Source: Microcoleus sp. (lineage in GTDB: Bacteria; Cyanobacteriota; Cyanobacteriia; Cyanobacteriales; Microcoleaceae). From it: DNA of 64,000 bases. This document shows, piece after piece, positions 50,325 to 60,572 of the stretch (its first letter is position 1; each line of letters begins with the position of its first letter). The notes under the pieces were generated by a model. The model was not told the DNA's origin. It saw only the letters and a list, made by a program, of their open reading frames with translations, and made no database searches. A program made the translations under genes and the position numbers. Location of the stretch: contig CP181291.1 of the NCBI GenBank assembly GCA_052279835.1, positions 2,208,001 to 2,272,000 on the forward strand. Direction: 5' to 3'.

Positions 50325-50547
50325 AGGGGCGCTGGGAAAGAGGCGAATAACACTCAACAGCGAGCTAAATGAGAGTGTAGCAAAAAATTCAGCTCAACTC
50401 CCTGGTTTTCCAAAGCGATAGGAAGCAATTGACCAATGAATATTGACAACTTCAACCGGGCCCTCTTTTGGAGCAACACCTAACACGGTAGGATCTCCAC
50501 AGAGTCGATCGACTCAACCTTACCAAAACATTATAGAAACTCTCAGC

Positions 50548-51540
50548 GTGCCAAACCCAGACCGGAAACCACTACTCTTAGATTTTGAAAAGCCCCTGGC
50601 AAAACTTGAAGCCCGAATTCACGAGATTCGCCAACTTGCAGCCGAAAACGGTGTGGATGTTTCCGAAGAAACATCCGAGGAAATTCGCAAGCTGGAAGCT
50701 CGAACAGACCAACTGCGGCAAGAGATTTTTAGCAGCCTCTCCCCCATGCAGCGGTTGCAACTAGCCCGTCACCCCCGTCGCCCCAGTACCCTCGATTACG
50801 TTCAGGCAATTAGCGACGAGTGGATTGAGCTTCACGGCGATCGACGGGGCGGCGACGACCCGGCCATGGTGGGTGGCATTGCCCGCATTGATGGGCGTCC
50901 CACGGTCATCATCGGCCACCAAAAAGGTCGCGACACCAAAGACAATATTGCCCGCAACTTCGGTATGGCGGCTCCCGGTGGCTACCGCAAAGCCCTACGA
51001 TTGATGGAACACGCCGATCGCTTCTCCATGCCAATTTTCACCTTTATCGACACTCCAGGGGCTTGGGCGGGCTTAGAAGCCGAACAGCTTGGACAAGGAG
51101 AGGCGATCGCCTGTAACCTCCGAGAAATGTTTCGCCTCGATGTTCCCATCATCTGTACCGTCATCGGCGAAGGCGGTTCTGGTGGCGCTTTGGGCATAGG
51201 CGTCGGCGAGCGATTGTTGATGCTAGAGCATTCCGTCTATACCGTTGCTACCCCCGAAGCGTGCGCCGCGATCCTCTGGAAAGACTCTGGGAAAGCTAAC
51301 TTGGCAGCCGAAGCTCTAAAAATTACTTCTTGGGATTTGAAAAACCTCGGCGTTCTCGATCAAATAGTACCAGAACCCATTGGTGGCGCTCACTCTAACC
51401 CCCTCAAGGCTGCGTCCATACTGAAACGAGCATTGTTGGAAAATTTAGCAGAACTGAGTCAGCTTTCCAGCCAGCAGCGCCGGGAACTGCGGTATCAAAA
51501 ATTCCGCCACATCGGTGTATTCACAGAAATTCCTGCTTGA
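50548..51540 (+). CDS. accA: Acetyl-CoA carboxylase carboxyltransferase alpha subunit
   Basis: [34 protein letters not shown] start at 50548. Confidence 0.97.
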   Translation: MPNPDRKPLLLDFEKPLAKLEARIHEIRQLAAENGVDVSEETSEEIRKLEARTDQLRQEIFSSLSPMQRLQLARHPRRPSTLDYVQAISDEWIELHGDRRGGDDPAMVGGIARIDGRPTVIIGHQKGRDTKDNIARNFGMAAPGGYRKALRLMEHADRFSMPIFTFIDTPGAWAGLEAEQLGQGEAIACNLREMFRLDVPIICTVIGEGGSGGALGIGVGERLLMLEHSVYTVATPEACAAILWKDSGKANLAAEALKITSWDLKNLGVLDQIVPEPIGGAHSNPLKAASILKRALLENLAELSQLSSQQRRELRYQKFRHIGVFTEIPA

Positions 51541-51743
51541 GGCGATCGATTCCCAGGAATCAGTTCAGCAATTTTTAACAGAAAACTCATCTTCTCAATA
51601 CCGATGGATAATTCTGCGAATCTGCCAGCAATGTTATAATTTTTGATGTGACATCGGCTTAACATTTCTTAATGTTAATCTCAGAAATAACTGTTCCCAT
51701 GGGATATTCGATCGACTGAGTTTCCCCCATACCGAGTTTTTCT

Positions 51744-52469
51744 ATGAACTATCCGACAACAAAGCAGGCTCTGATTACCGGAGCAAGTAGCGGTATTGGC
51801 AAAGCCACGGCTCTAGCATTTGCCAAAGCCGGCATAAACCTGGCTTTAGTTAGTCGAGGGTCAGAAAACTTAGAAGCCGTTGCCGCCGCAGCCAGAGAAG
51901 TCGGAGTGAAAGCAGAAGCTTATCCCTTAGACTTGTCAAAAATTGACCAAGTGCAAAGTAGCATCAGTGCGATCGCAGCTCAATTTGGACCAGTAGATAT
52001 CCTGGTCAACAGTGCTGGGATGGGGTATACAGGTCCATTGACAGAAACGCCTCTAGCGGACTGGCAGAGAGTTTTAGACCTGAATTTGACTAGCGTCTGG
52101 CAGTGCATTCAAGGAATTTTGCCGTCCATGCGCGATCGAAAATCAGGAATCATCATCAACGTTTCCTCCATCGCTGGCAGCCAAGTCTTTCCGAATTGGG
52201 GACTATATTGCGTCAGCAAATTCGGTCTCATGGCTTTGTCTAAGGCTGTAGCGACAGAAGAACGGGCTGGCGGAATTCGTGTAACAACAATCTGTCCAGG
52301 TTCTGTCAACACTCCCATGTGGGACACAGAAACAGTCCAAGCCGACTTCGATCGCACAGCCATGTTAACTCCAGAAATCGTCGCCGAATCTATTCTGCAC
52401 GCAGTTCAGTTACCCGATGGCGCCGTAATTGAAGAAATCACCCTCATGTCGAATGCTGGAGTTTTGTGA
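51744..52469 (+). CDS. SDR family oxidoreductase
   Basis: TGASSGIG, NSAG, YCVSK. Confidence 0.92.
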   Translation: MNYPTTKQALITGASSGIGKATALAFAKAGINLALVSRGSENLEAVAAAAREVGVKAEAYPLDLSKIDQVQSSISAIAAQFGPVDILVNSAGMGYTGPLTETPLADWQRVLDLNLTSVWQCIQGILPSMRDRKSGIIINVSSIAGSQVFPNWGLYCVSKFGLMALSKAVATEERAGGIRVTTICPGSVNTPMWDTETVQADFDRTAMLTPEIVAESILHAVQLPDGAVIEEITLMSNAGVL

Positions 52470-52586
52470 ACCAGAGATTTGAGAGTGCTGAGTTTTCTCG
52501 GAATTCAACAATCTTTGAATCTATAGCTATCTCCTCGAATCGAAAATCCCAAATCAAAAATCGATCTACCCTTACCCCAATTTTTT

Positions 52587-53291
52587 ATGACAATTGCATC
52601 GAACAACGGTTCCACAATACTTTCAGAAACCCCAGACAACAATTTGCCCCGCATCCCCACTAGACCAGACCGTAACTCATCCAACGGTCTAGAATCCCAG
52701 GTGCCGGTACCCTCCGCAGTAGGTCAGGAGGAAATGATGGAAGCAGTGCGGACAATGCTGCTAGGAATCGGAGAAAACCCCGAACGGGAAGGATTGCTCA
52801 AAACCCCCAAGCGGGTTGCAGAAGCTATGCGGTTTCTCACCAGTGGCTACAGTCAATCCCTAGAAGAACTGCTCAACGGCGCTATTTTTGACGAAGGTCA
52901 CAATGAGATGGTGTTGGTCAGAGACATCAGCGTCTTCAGTATGTGCGAACACCATATGCTACCGTTTATGGGACGAATTCATGTCGCTTACATCCCCAAC
53001 CAAAAAGTAGTCGGGTTGAGCAAATTAGCCCGCATTGTCGAGATGTACAGCCGACGGTTACAGGTACAGGAACGTTTGACTCGCCAAGTTGCCGAAGCGG
53101 TTCAAACCATATTGGAACCCAGGGGAGTAGCTGTGGTGATGGAAGCTAGTCATATGTGTATGACTATGCGCGGAGTACAAAAACCCGGTGCTTGGACAGT
53201 GACCAGTGCGATGTTGGGCATATTCCAAGACGAACAGAAAACTCGTGAAGAATTCTTGAATTTGATTCGCCATCAACCGGCATTCTTTTAG
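52587..53291 (+). CDS. folE: GTP cyclohydrolase I
   Basis: [42 protein letters not shown]. Confidence 0.97.
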   Translation: MTIASNNGSTILSETPDNNLPRIPTRPDRNSSNGLESQVPVPSAVGQEEMMEAVRTMLLGIGENPEREGLLKTPKRVAEAMRFLTSGYSQSLEELLNGAIFDEGHNEMVLVRDISVFSMCEHHMLPFMGRIHVAYIPNQKVVGLSKLARIVEMYSRRLQVQERLTRQVAEAVQTILEPRGVAVVMEASHMCMTMRGVQKPGAWTVTSAMLGIFQDEQKTREEFLNLIRHQPAFF

Positions 53292-53480
53292 TCAGTAGTC
53301 AGTAGTCATTGGTTATTGGTTATTGGTTATTTGCGGTGCCAGCTCACCTTCGTCGAAGGGTCATTAGTCAGTAGTGAGAGTAGAAGCTGTGGGAGCAATT
53401 CCATAATCTCCAATCTCAAATTAGATGACGATCGCCTGTTGAGCTAATAAAATAGATTGGTGACTCATGGCTTTTGACTA

Positions 53481-54908
53481 ATGAATCCTATTAAATTCGG
53501 TACAGATGGCTGGCGCGGCATTATTGCTGACGATTTTACATTCGATCGCGTAGCGTTAGTAGCGCCGCTAGCAGCACAAGTTCTTGGACAAACTGGTGGC
53601 AATGATGCAACCAGCGGTACTGTAATTGTGGGTTACGATCGCCGATTTTTGGCTGAAGATTTTGCCAAAACAGCGGCTTTTGCAGTCCAGAACGCCGGAT
53701 TTGACGTGCTGCTGAGCGATGGTTACGCTCCCACTCCCGCTTTTAGTTTGGCTGCGAAACAATTAAATGCTTTGGGCGCGATCGTCCTGACAGCCAGCCA
53801 TAATCCCGGTGCATATTTAGGGTTAAAAGTCAAGGGGGGATTTGGAGGTTCAGTTTCCCCGGAAGTTACTCAACAAATAGAAGCAAAGTTAGGAAATCCA
53901 GCCCCAATTTCCGCAACTCCGGGCAAATTGGAGAGTTTCAATCCTTGGCCTGCTTACTGCAAAACCTTGCGGGAAATGGTCGATATTGATGGGATTAAAC
54001 AGGCGATCGCCTCTAACAAAATTACCGTATTTGTAGATGCCATGCACGGTGCTGCCGCCGGAGGATTGGCACAGATTTTAGAAGAAACAGTGCACGAAGT
54101 CAATAGCGATCGCGATCCGCTATTTGGAGGCGGAGCACCGGAACCTTTGCCGCGCTATCTTTCGCAGTTGTTTCGGGTAATGCGAACTCACCAACGCCAA
54201 AGCTCTGGTTTGTCGATCGGGTTTGTGTTTGACGGAGATAGCGATCGGATTGCTGCTGTTGACTCTAGCGGCAATTTTCTCAGTTCACAAATCCTAGTTC
54301 CCATATTAATCGAACATTTAGCCAAACGGCGCGGGTTTACTGGGGAAGTGATTAAAACAGTCAGCGGTTCTGACATTATCCCCAAAATTGCTAAATTGTA
54401 CGACTTGCCCTTATTTGAAACGCCGATCGGTTACAAGTATATAGCCGATCGAATGTTGACCACTCAAGTCCTAGTGGGCGGCGAAGAATCGGGCGGAATC
54501 GGCTACGGTACCCACATCCCAGAAAGAGATGCTTTGTTGTCGGCGCTGTATTTGTTAGAAGCCGTTGTCAAATCCGGCGAAGATTTAAGCCAAATCTATG
54601 CCAGATTGCAAAAAGAAACAGGCTTTACTTCAGCTTACGACAGAATCGACTTGCACTTAGCAAATATGGACGAACGTTCGCGTTTGCTGTCGCTGTTGGA
54701 AAATCAACCTTTAACAAAAATCGCCGATAAAGCAGTTGTAGATTGCAACAAAGTTGACGGATATAAATTCCGTTTAGCTGACGGAAGTTGGCTATTAATT
54801 CGGTTTAGCGGTACTGAACCAGTTTTGCGGTTATATTCAGAAGCTGCGACTTTGAAAGAAGTAATGCAAAACTTGAATTGGGCGAAAGATTGGGCGCAGA
54901 AAGGTTAA
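53481..54908 (+). CDS. Phosphoglucomutase/phosphomannomutase
   Basis: FGTDGWRG, TASHNP, DGDSDR, GEESGG, RFSGTEP. Confidence 0.93.
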   Translation: MNPIKFGTDGWRGIIADDFTFDRVALVAPLAAQVLGQTGGNDATSGTVIVGYDRRFLAEDFAKTAAFAVQNAGFDVLLSDGYAPTPAFSLAAKQLNALGAIVLTASHNPGAYLGLKVKGGFGGSVSPEVTQQIEAKLGNPAPISATPGKLESFNPWPAYCKTLREMVDIDGIKQAIASNKITVFVDAMHGAAAGGLAQILEETVHEVNSDRDPLFGGGAPEPLPRYLSQLFRVMRTHQRQSSGLSIGFVFDGDSDRIAAVDSSGNFLSSQILVPILIEHLAKRRGFTGEVIKTVSGSDIIPKIAKLYDLPLFETPIGYKYIADRMLTTQVLVGGEESGGIGYGTHIPERDALLSALYLLEAVVKSGEDLSQIYARLQKETGFTSAYDRIDLHLANMDERSRLLSLLENQPLTKIADKAVVDCNKVDGYKFRLADGSWLLIRFSGTEPVLRLYSEAATLKEVMQNLNWAKDWAQKG

Positions 54909-55262
54909 ACAGTTGATAATTGACAAGGGACAGCCAAATCAGCCCTAGGCTTTTGCTGTTCCTTGTCAACTGTTAATTGTTAATGATCCACCGTAATATA
55001 AAAAAAGCACTAATATCAAATCCGGTAGCATCTGAATGATTCAGATCTCTATTCTCTCCCTCTGTGTCAAGAGTGTTCTCTGCGGTTAAATCATTCCGAT
55101 GCAGCCGGAAACGATATAAAACCAGATTTATTTTCACTTATTTCTCCCTGCTTCTTCTCTGTGGCCTCTGTGTCCTCTGCGGTTAATAAAAAGATTAACT
55201 GACGCTGCCACCATTGGCGCAAGATTTTTGTTAATATTAATGCGTAAGTTTTAATTGAAATA

Positions 55263-55844
55263 ATGACTAATCGTAAATTGCTAGTTGTCGCTACCAGCAA
55301 TCCCGGCAAACTCAAAGAAATGCAAGCTTATCTTCAGGATTTAGGGTGGGAATTGCAACTGAAACCCGAAGAGTTGGAAGTAGAAGAAACTGGCGATACA
55401 TTTATCGCTAATGCTTGTTTGAAAGCTGCGGAAATCGCCAAAGCAACTGGAGAATGGTCGATCGCAGATGATTCCGGTTTAATGGTAGATGCACTCGATG
55501 GCCAACCGGGAATTTATTCGGCGCGCTACGGGAAAACTGATGCTGACAGGATTGAGCGACTGCTCAAAGAATTAGGAAGCCAACACAACAGACAAGCCCA
55601 ATTTGTTTGCGCGATCGCGATCGCCCGTCCCGACGGTACAATTGCCCTGCAAGTAGAAGGAATTTGCCGCGGTGAGATTCTGCAAAGTCCTCGCGGTACC
55701 GGAGGTTTCGGGTACGATCCCATTTTCTACGTGCCGGCACAGCAACAGACTTTTGCAGAAATGACACCTGATACCAAGCGATCGTACTCTCACCGTGGCA
55801 AAGCATTCCAGTCTCTGATACCACAAATGAAGACACTTGTCTAG
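55263..55844 (+). CDS. rdgB: Non-canonical purine NTP pyrophosphatase (RdgB/HAM1)
   Basis: ATSNPGK, ADDSGL, PGIYSAR, GFGYDPIF, SHRGKA. Confidence 0.95.
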   Translation: MTNRKLLVVATSNPGKLKEMQAYLQDLGWELQLKPEELEVEETGDTFIANACLKAAEIAKATGEWSIADDSGLMVDALDGQPGIYSARYGKTDADRIERLLKELGSQHNRQAQFVCAIAIARPDGTIALQVEGICRGEILQSPRGTGGFGYDPIFYVPAQQQTFAEMTPDTKRSYSHRGKAFQSLIPQMKTLV

Positions 55845-55920
55845 TAACAGAATAGGGAGATAGGGAGAGGGCCAGAGAAGGCTACAAATTCCGATTCCCC
55901 ATTCCCCATTCCCAAATTTC

Positions 55921-56277
<357 letters not shown>

Positions 56278-56347
56278 TTACTTCTTTCGTTATATTACTT
56301 AATTGGGGTGACACCTTTTGATATCATTGCCAACGCCATTGCATTTT

Positions 56348-56361
56348 GTAAAATATACTAC
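56348..56361 (-). promoter_or_regulatory. NtcA binding site upstream of glnB
   Basis: Exact GTA-N8-TAC (gtaaaatatactac) with a -10-like TGATAT about 21 nt downstream on the minus strand. NtcA control of glnB is established in cyanobacteria. Confidence 0.7.
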
Positions 56362-56402
56362 CGTATGTTCCAACGCCATTGAAATGTAGACCAACCTTTG
56401 AC

Positions 56403-56809
56403 CAAAAAACTGGGATACAAGCCCCGTTACTTCGACTACGCTCAGCACATCGCCTTATAGGACGGCTTTAATTGTAAATTTTTGTTGCAATATTAAATAT
56501 CTTGTGCTAAATAGCTGAGAATTTAATTGGTTGAAATACCCACCTAAGATTGCAGCGATATATACTCATTTTGAGTTGAAACCGGGACTGATCCAGTAAT
56601 AGGGAAAGACTGAAGGGCAATGGTTAAAATCCAACCTGGAAGCAAAATAAAAAGTATTGTTAATGTTTTTCTTTCCAAACGATACATAGTCGGGACAGGG
56701 CATTGCCACGACTGTAAATGGACGCAGAGACAGAGTAAGACTACCTTTGGTAGCGTCAGTCGGTGAAGCGTCAAGAATCACCGCGCTCATCTGCCGGTGA
56801 GTATGTCAA
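56403..56809 (+). mobile_element. Non-autonomous IS200/IS605-family derivative (no tnpA/tnpB)
   Basis: TTGAC immediately before a left end caaaaaactgggatacaagccccgt...ccttataggacggcttt. Right end aaGAATcaccg...cggtgagtatgTCAA has the GAAT guide, hairpin and TCAA cleavage pattern of IS608-type right ends. Confidence 0.75.
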
Positions 56810-57009
56810 AAAATTCCTTGATTTTACTCAAGGCTGGGTTAGGTTGAGCCGCTAGAAGTAGGGTCAAACAGACCGCAGCCTTTCAACGGCGATCTGCTAA
56901 AACAGAAAAAGCACCTAGGAGACAGGAGTTTTCCCAGTCTCAATTTTGTCATGTCAAATTTGCACATATTCTTGAAAAATATAATTAGGCGGTCAGTTAA
57001 ACTATTCCT

Positions 57010-58296
57010 ATGCACCCAGCTAGCCCTCCCCCTGACCGTAACGGCCTTGATGCCCTGTTGAGAAATCGCCCCTTCCTCGCCTTGTGGACTGGGCAGTTGT
57101 TGGCGCAAGTGGCAGATAAGATTTTTTATGTATTGCTGATTATCCTCCTGAAAACAGGCGGTTACACACCAGGTCACAATTCGGAAAATTCCATGCTGTC
57201 AGCGGTGATGATTGCCTACACAGTGCCGGCAATCGTTTTTGGTTCGATCGCAGGTATTGTCGTAGACCGCTTTTCCAAAAAGCAAATGCTGATTGGGTGC
57301 AACGTGATTCGCGCCCTACTGATTGTCGCGATGACGCTTTTGCCCAAAGCCTTTGTCGTGTTGTTGGTGATTACGTTTTTGGTTTCTACTGTTACCCAAT
57401 TTTTTGCTCCCGCCGAAGCAGCCGCTATTCCCCTAGCAGTGGGGCGAGAGGGACTGATGTCGGCCAATGCCCTATTCGCCTCATCCACGATGGGTGGCAT
57501 CATTGTCGGTATGACCATCGGCGAACCGCTGTTTAGTTGGATCAAACACAGCTACGGAGCCGGTTCGCGAGAGTTTTTGCTCGGCGGGTTGTACCTGATC
57601 TCGGCCGTTTTGATTTATGGGATGCGTATCAAAGAAAATCATGCCGGCAGCAGTGCCAAAAACATCCATCCTTGGCAAGATTTTAAAGAAGGTTTGCGCT
57701 ATTTGAAAAGGAATCCCCTTGTCAGTAACGCGATGCTACAGTTGACAATTTTGTATTCCGTGTTTGCTGCACTTCAGGTGTTGGCGATCGCCCTTTCAGG
57801 TAAAATAGGTCTTAAAGAAACTCAATTTGGCTTTTTGCTCGCTGCTGCGGGTGTAGGCATGGTATTTGGCGCAGCCTTTTTGGGACATTGGGGCGATCGA
57901 ATGCACCACAAACCTTTACCCTTAATTGGTTTCTTAATGATGGGTTTTGTATTGGTAATGTTTGCCTTTACCAGACAGTTGTGGTTGGGATTTAGTTTAA
58001 GCGCTTTGTTCGGTTTCGGGGCTTCACTGATTAACGGCCCGATGCAAGCGTTAATTCAAGAACAAACTCCAGAATCGATGCGGGGAAAAGTCTTTGGATT
58101 CGAGAACAATGCGATTAATATTGCCCTCAGCCTGCCTTTAGCGATTACCGGCCCGCTGACAGATGCTGTCGGTAAAGCCGTAGGTTCCGATGACCTCGGT
58201 TTGCGGATCGTGTTGATGAGTTTGGGCTGTTTAGTGGCGGTAATGGGGATTGCAGCTTGGCGGCATACTCGCCATGTTTTGCAAGATGTTGTTTGA
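57010..58296 (+). CDS. MFS transporter
   Basis: About 12 hydrophobic segments, GIVVDRFSKK, QFFAPAE, PESMRGKVFG. Confidence 0.92.
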   Translation: MHPASPPPDRNGLDALLRNRPFLALWTGQLLAQVADKIFYVLLIILLKTGGYTPGHNSENSMLSAVMIAYTVPAIVFGSIAGIVVDRFSKKQMLIGCNVIRALLIVAMTLLPKAFVVLLVITFLVSTVTQFFAPAEAAAIPLAVGREGLMSANALFASSTMGGIIVGMTIGEPLFSWIKHSYGAGSREFLLGGLYLISAVLIYGMRIKENHAGSSAKNIHPWQDFKEGLRYLKRNPLVSNAMLQLTILYSVFAALQVLAIALSGKIGLKETQFGFLLAAAGVGMVFGAAFLGHWGDRMHHKPLPLIGFLMMGFVLVMFAFTRQLWLGFSLSALFGFGASLINGPMQALIQEQTPESMRGKVFGFENNAINIALSLPLAITGPLTDAVGKAVGSDDLGLRIVLMSLGCLVAVMGIAAWRHTRHVLQDVV

Positions 58297-58362
58297 ATTT
58301 AGTCAACAGTCATCAGTCATCAGTTATTAGTCATCAGTCAACGATGTTTAGAGACTTCCCAA

Positions 58363-59433
58363 ATGAAAGTTCAATCTGTTGAGCTAAAGTATTTCAAGAA
58401 ATTTGCGAATCCTCCGGTATTTGATTTCACCGATCCCGAAACCGGGTTGGCACGAAATCTGATTGTTCTAATTGGCATGAACGGCTCAGGCAAAACAAGT
58501 CTTTTACAAGCGATCGCAGCAACATTAGGTACGGCTACCGGACGATTACAAAAATTTTCTGACTTAGAATGGGCAGGATTTAACTATGAATTGCTAGGAA
58601 ACAACTGGGGAAAATTTCCACCCGAAGTCACTTTACAGGTACAGTTTTCCTCGCAAGAACTTCAAGCAGTTGCAGACTTTTACCAAAAATTACAAGGGAT
58701 GGGACACAATTTAACAGTTCCTCCGGCACAAGAACATAGTGTGAAACTCAAATGGCGATCGCCATCTGAGCTAGTCGTAGCGGATAGGGCTCCTGAATTA
58801 TTTCAATTTAAAGGACGAGAATACGCTAAACGACTGCTTCGTTCTGAAGGCTTTCAGGCGTTTGAGCGAGTTGGCAGCGTTTTTTGGTACACCGAGCAAA
58901 GAACTGCAACTAGCCTAACAACAGAAGATCCCGAAAAGCAACAAGAAATTACTGAGGATATTTTGCGCGATCGGCTATCAAAATGGCGGCAGTTTCATCA
59001 AGATGTCGAAACAGGTAGAATTCAGCAACTGCGACCGGGACAAAAAGACTTGTATGCTGAAATTGAACGAGGTTACAAAGGAGTGTTTCCCCAACGCAGC
59101 TTTCTAGGCCCCGTCCCGCGCGAGAATATAGATGATATCCTGAGCGAACCTTGGTTTTATCTTTACGACGGCAGAAAGCAGTATGAAATTTCTGAGATGT
59201 CTGGAGGCGAACGAGCTGTCTTTCCCATCCTCATGGATTTTGCCAATTGGAACATTCATAATTCGCTCATCTTGATTGATGAAATTGAATTGCACCTCCA
59301 CCCACCAATGCAACAGGCATTCCTTAGATCCTTGACTAAGCTAGGCAATAATAATCAGTTTATAATTACAACCCACTCTGATTATGTGGAGCAATTAGTG
59401 CCTGAAGCACACATTATCAGGCTAGAGGTGTAA
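58363..59433 (+). CDS. ABC-type ATPase (AAA_15/AAA_21-like)
   Basis: GMNGSGKT, MSGGE, ILIDEIELHLHP, IITTHS; no TM partner. Confidence 0.9.
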   Translation: MKVQSVELKYFKKFANPPVFDFTDPETGLARNLIVLIGMNGSGKTSLLQAIAATLGTATGRLQKFSDLEWAGFNYELLGNNWGKFPPEVTLQVQFSSQELQAVADFYQKLQGMGHNLTVPPAQEHSVKLKWRSPSELVVADRAPELFQFKGREYAKRLLRSEGFQAFERVGSVFWYTEQRTATSLTTEDPEKQQEITEDILRDRLSKWRQFHQDVETGRIQQLRPGQKDLYAEIERGYKGVFPQRSFLGPVPRENIDDILSEPWFYLYDGRKQYEISEMSGGERAVFPILMDFANWNIHNSLILIDEIELHLHPPMQQAFLRSLTKLGNNNQFIITTHSDYVEQLVPEAHIIRLEV

Positions 59434-59435
59434 TT

Positions 59436-60305
59436 GTGAGTGTTGTCAGTAGCAAAATTATTTTCTGCGAAGGAAAGCAAAGAAGTTTGGATGCCCAACT
59501 GCTGGAGCGGGTTTTAGAAACACTACCAGCAGAGCGGCCTACAATTGTCCCCTGTGGCAGTAAATTTAGCTTTTCTTTATTTGCACAGGGTTATTTTTCC
59601 CGTAAAGAAATTTGCAGTCAAAAATATCTCGTTTTCCGAGATCGAGACTTCGATGCCAAGCCTTCAGAAGAGGTACGACTGATTCAATTAGACAGTCAAT
59701 CCGTTTGGTTAACGCATCGAGCTTGCATTGAGAACTATTTCCTAGATCCTGACTTGATTCATGATTATTGGCGAGAAAAATATATCGAGAAGCAGGAAAA
59801 TCCCATTTCAAAATGGGCACATAAAGACTCTCCAGGTATCAATAGGATTGCACAATGGATTGAAACTGCTGCAAAGAGCTTGCAAGACTACCAAGCTGTA
59901 CGCTGGGCTTTAGGCGAGCTGTTGGTCTCAAGTTCAACGAGAACGCAGCTCAAGACAACTTGGACTGGTGGTAGCGGTCAGCTTCCCCCGTCTTTAGCGC
60001 TAGTAGATTGTCGAACTGAAGCTAGAGAACTAATTAACCAATTTAGACAAGCTGTCGAAACAGTTACACTAGATAGATTTGAAGCAAGCCTAGCTAATTA
60101 TCAACAGCAATTTAGTCAATCAGAATTTTGGTCGCAGAAACAGTATGTAATCTGGTTTCACGGGAAAGATATTCAAAAAGAAATGCAAAAGCAAGAATCT
60201 CAATATATCTCTCTAAAAGAATTTTTTAATTGGGCTGCCAATCAATTGGACATCGATCGACATCTCGATCTCAGGGAGTTACGAAGTAAGATTGAGCAGC
60301 TATAA
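59436..60305 (+). CDS. TOPRIM-like (DUF4435/OLD-type) putative nuclease
   Basis: IIFCEG...SLD, VFRDRDFD (DxD), CIENYF. GTG start 2 bp after the ATPase stop. Confidence 0.7.
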   Translation: MSVVSSKIIFCEGKQRSLDAQLLERVLETLPAERPTIVPCGSKFSFSLFAQGYFSRKEICSQKYLVFRDRDFDAKPSEEVRLIQLDSQSVWLTHRACIENYFLDPDLIHDYWREKYIEKQENPISKWAHKDSPGINRIAQWIETAAKSLQDYQAVRWALGELLVSSSTRTQLKTTWTGGSGQLPPSLALVDCRTEARELINQFRQAVETVTLDRFEASLANYQQQFSQSEFWSQKQYVIWFHGKDIQKEMQKQESQYISLKEFFNWAANQLDIDRHLDLRELRSKIEQL

Positions 60306-60572
60306 CTGTCGATGTGACTGTTGAGGATGCGGAATGCGGGTTAGATGCGTGACGGTAGCGTATTTCCAGCTCAGCCCTCTGGGGTTCTCCCGCGATCGGA
60401 ATCTCCCCTGTCTCCCTCTCGGGTTCTAAAACTTCTATGCCCCAAGCCGATGTCTTATTCTCAAGTGTTGAGAAAAATATCAACACTCCAACTTTTAAAG
60501 CTTCCATATTGAGAAAGAAGTAAAATGAAAGCCTTAATCGTAAATTATAATTACTTTGAGGAAAAAGAATCT

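Noticed and set aside
56528..56640. Degenerate CRISPR repeats (gttgaaat / gttgaaac / gttaaaat) inside the IS605-like element
   Set aside because: Similarity is limited to about 8-15 nt, too short to define a repeat.
56544..56790. 74-76 aa ORFs as tnpA/tnpB remnants
   Set aside because: No HUH, RuvC or zinc-finger motifs are visible.
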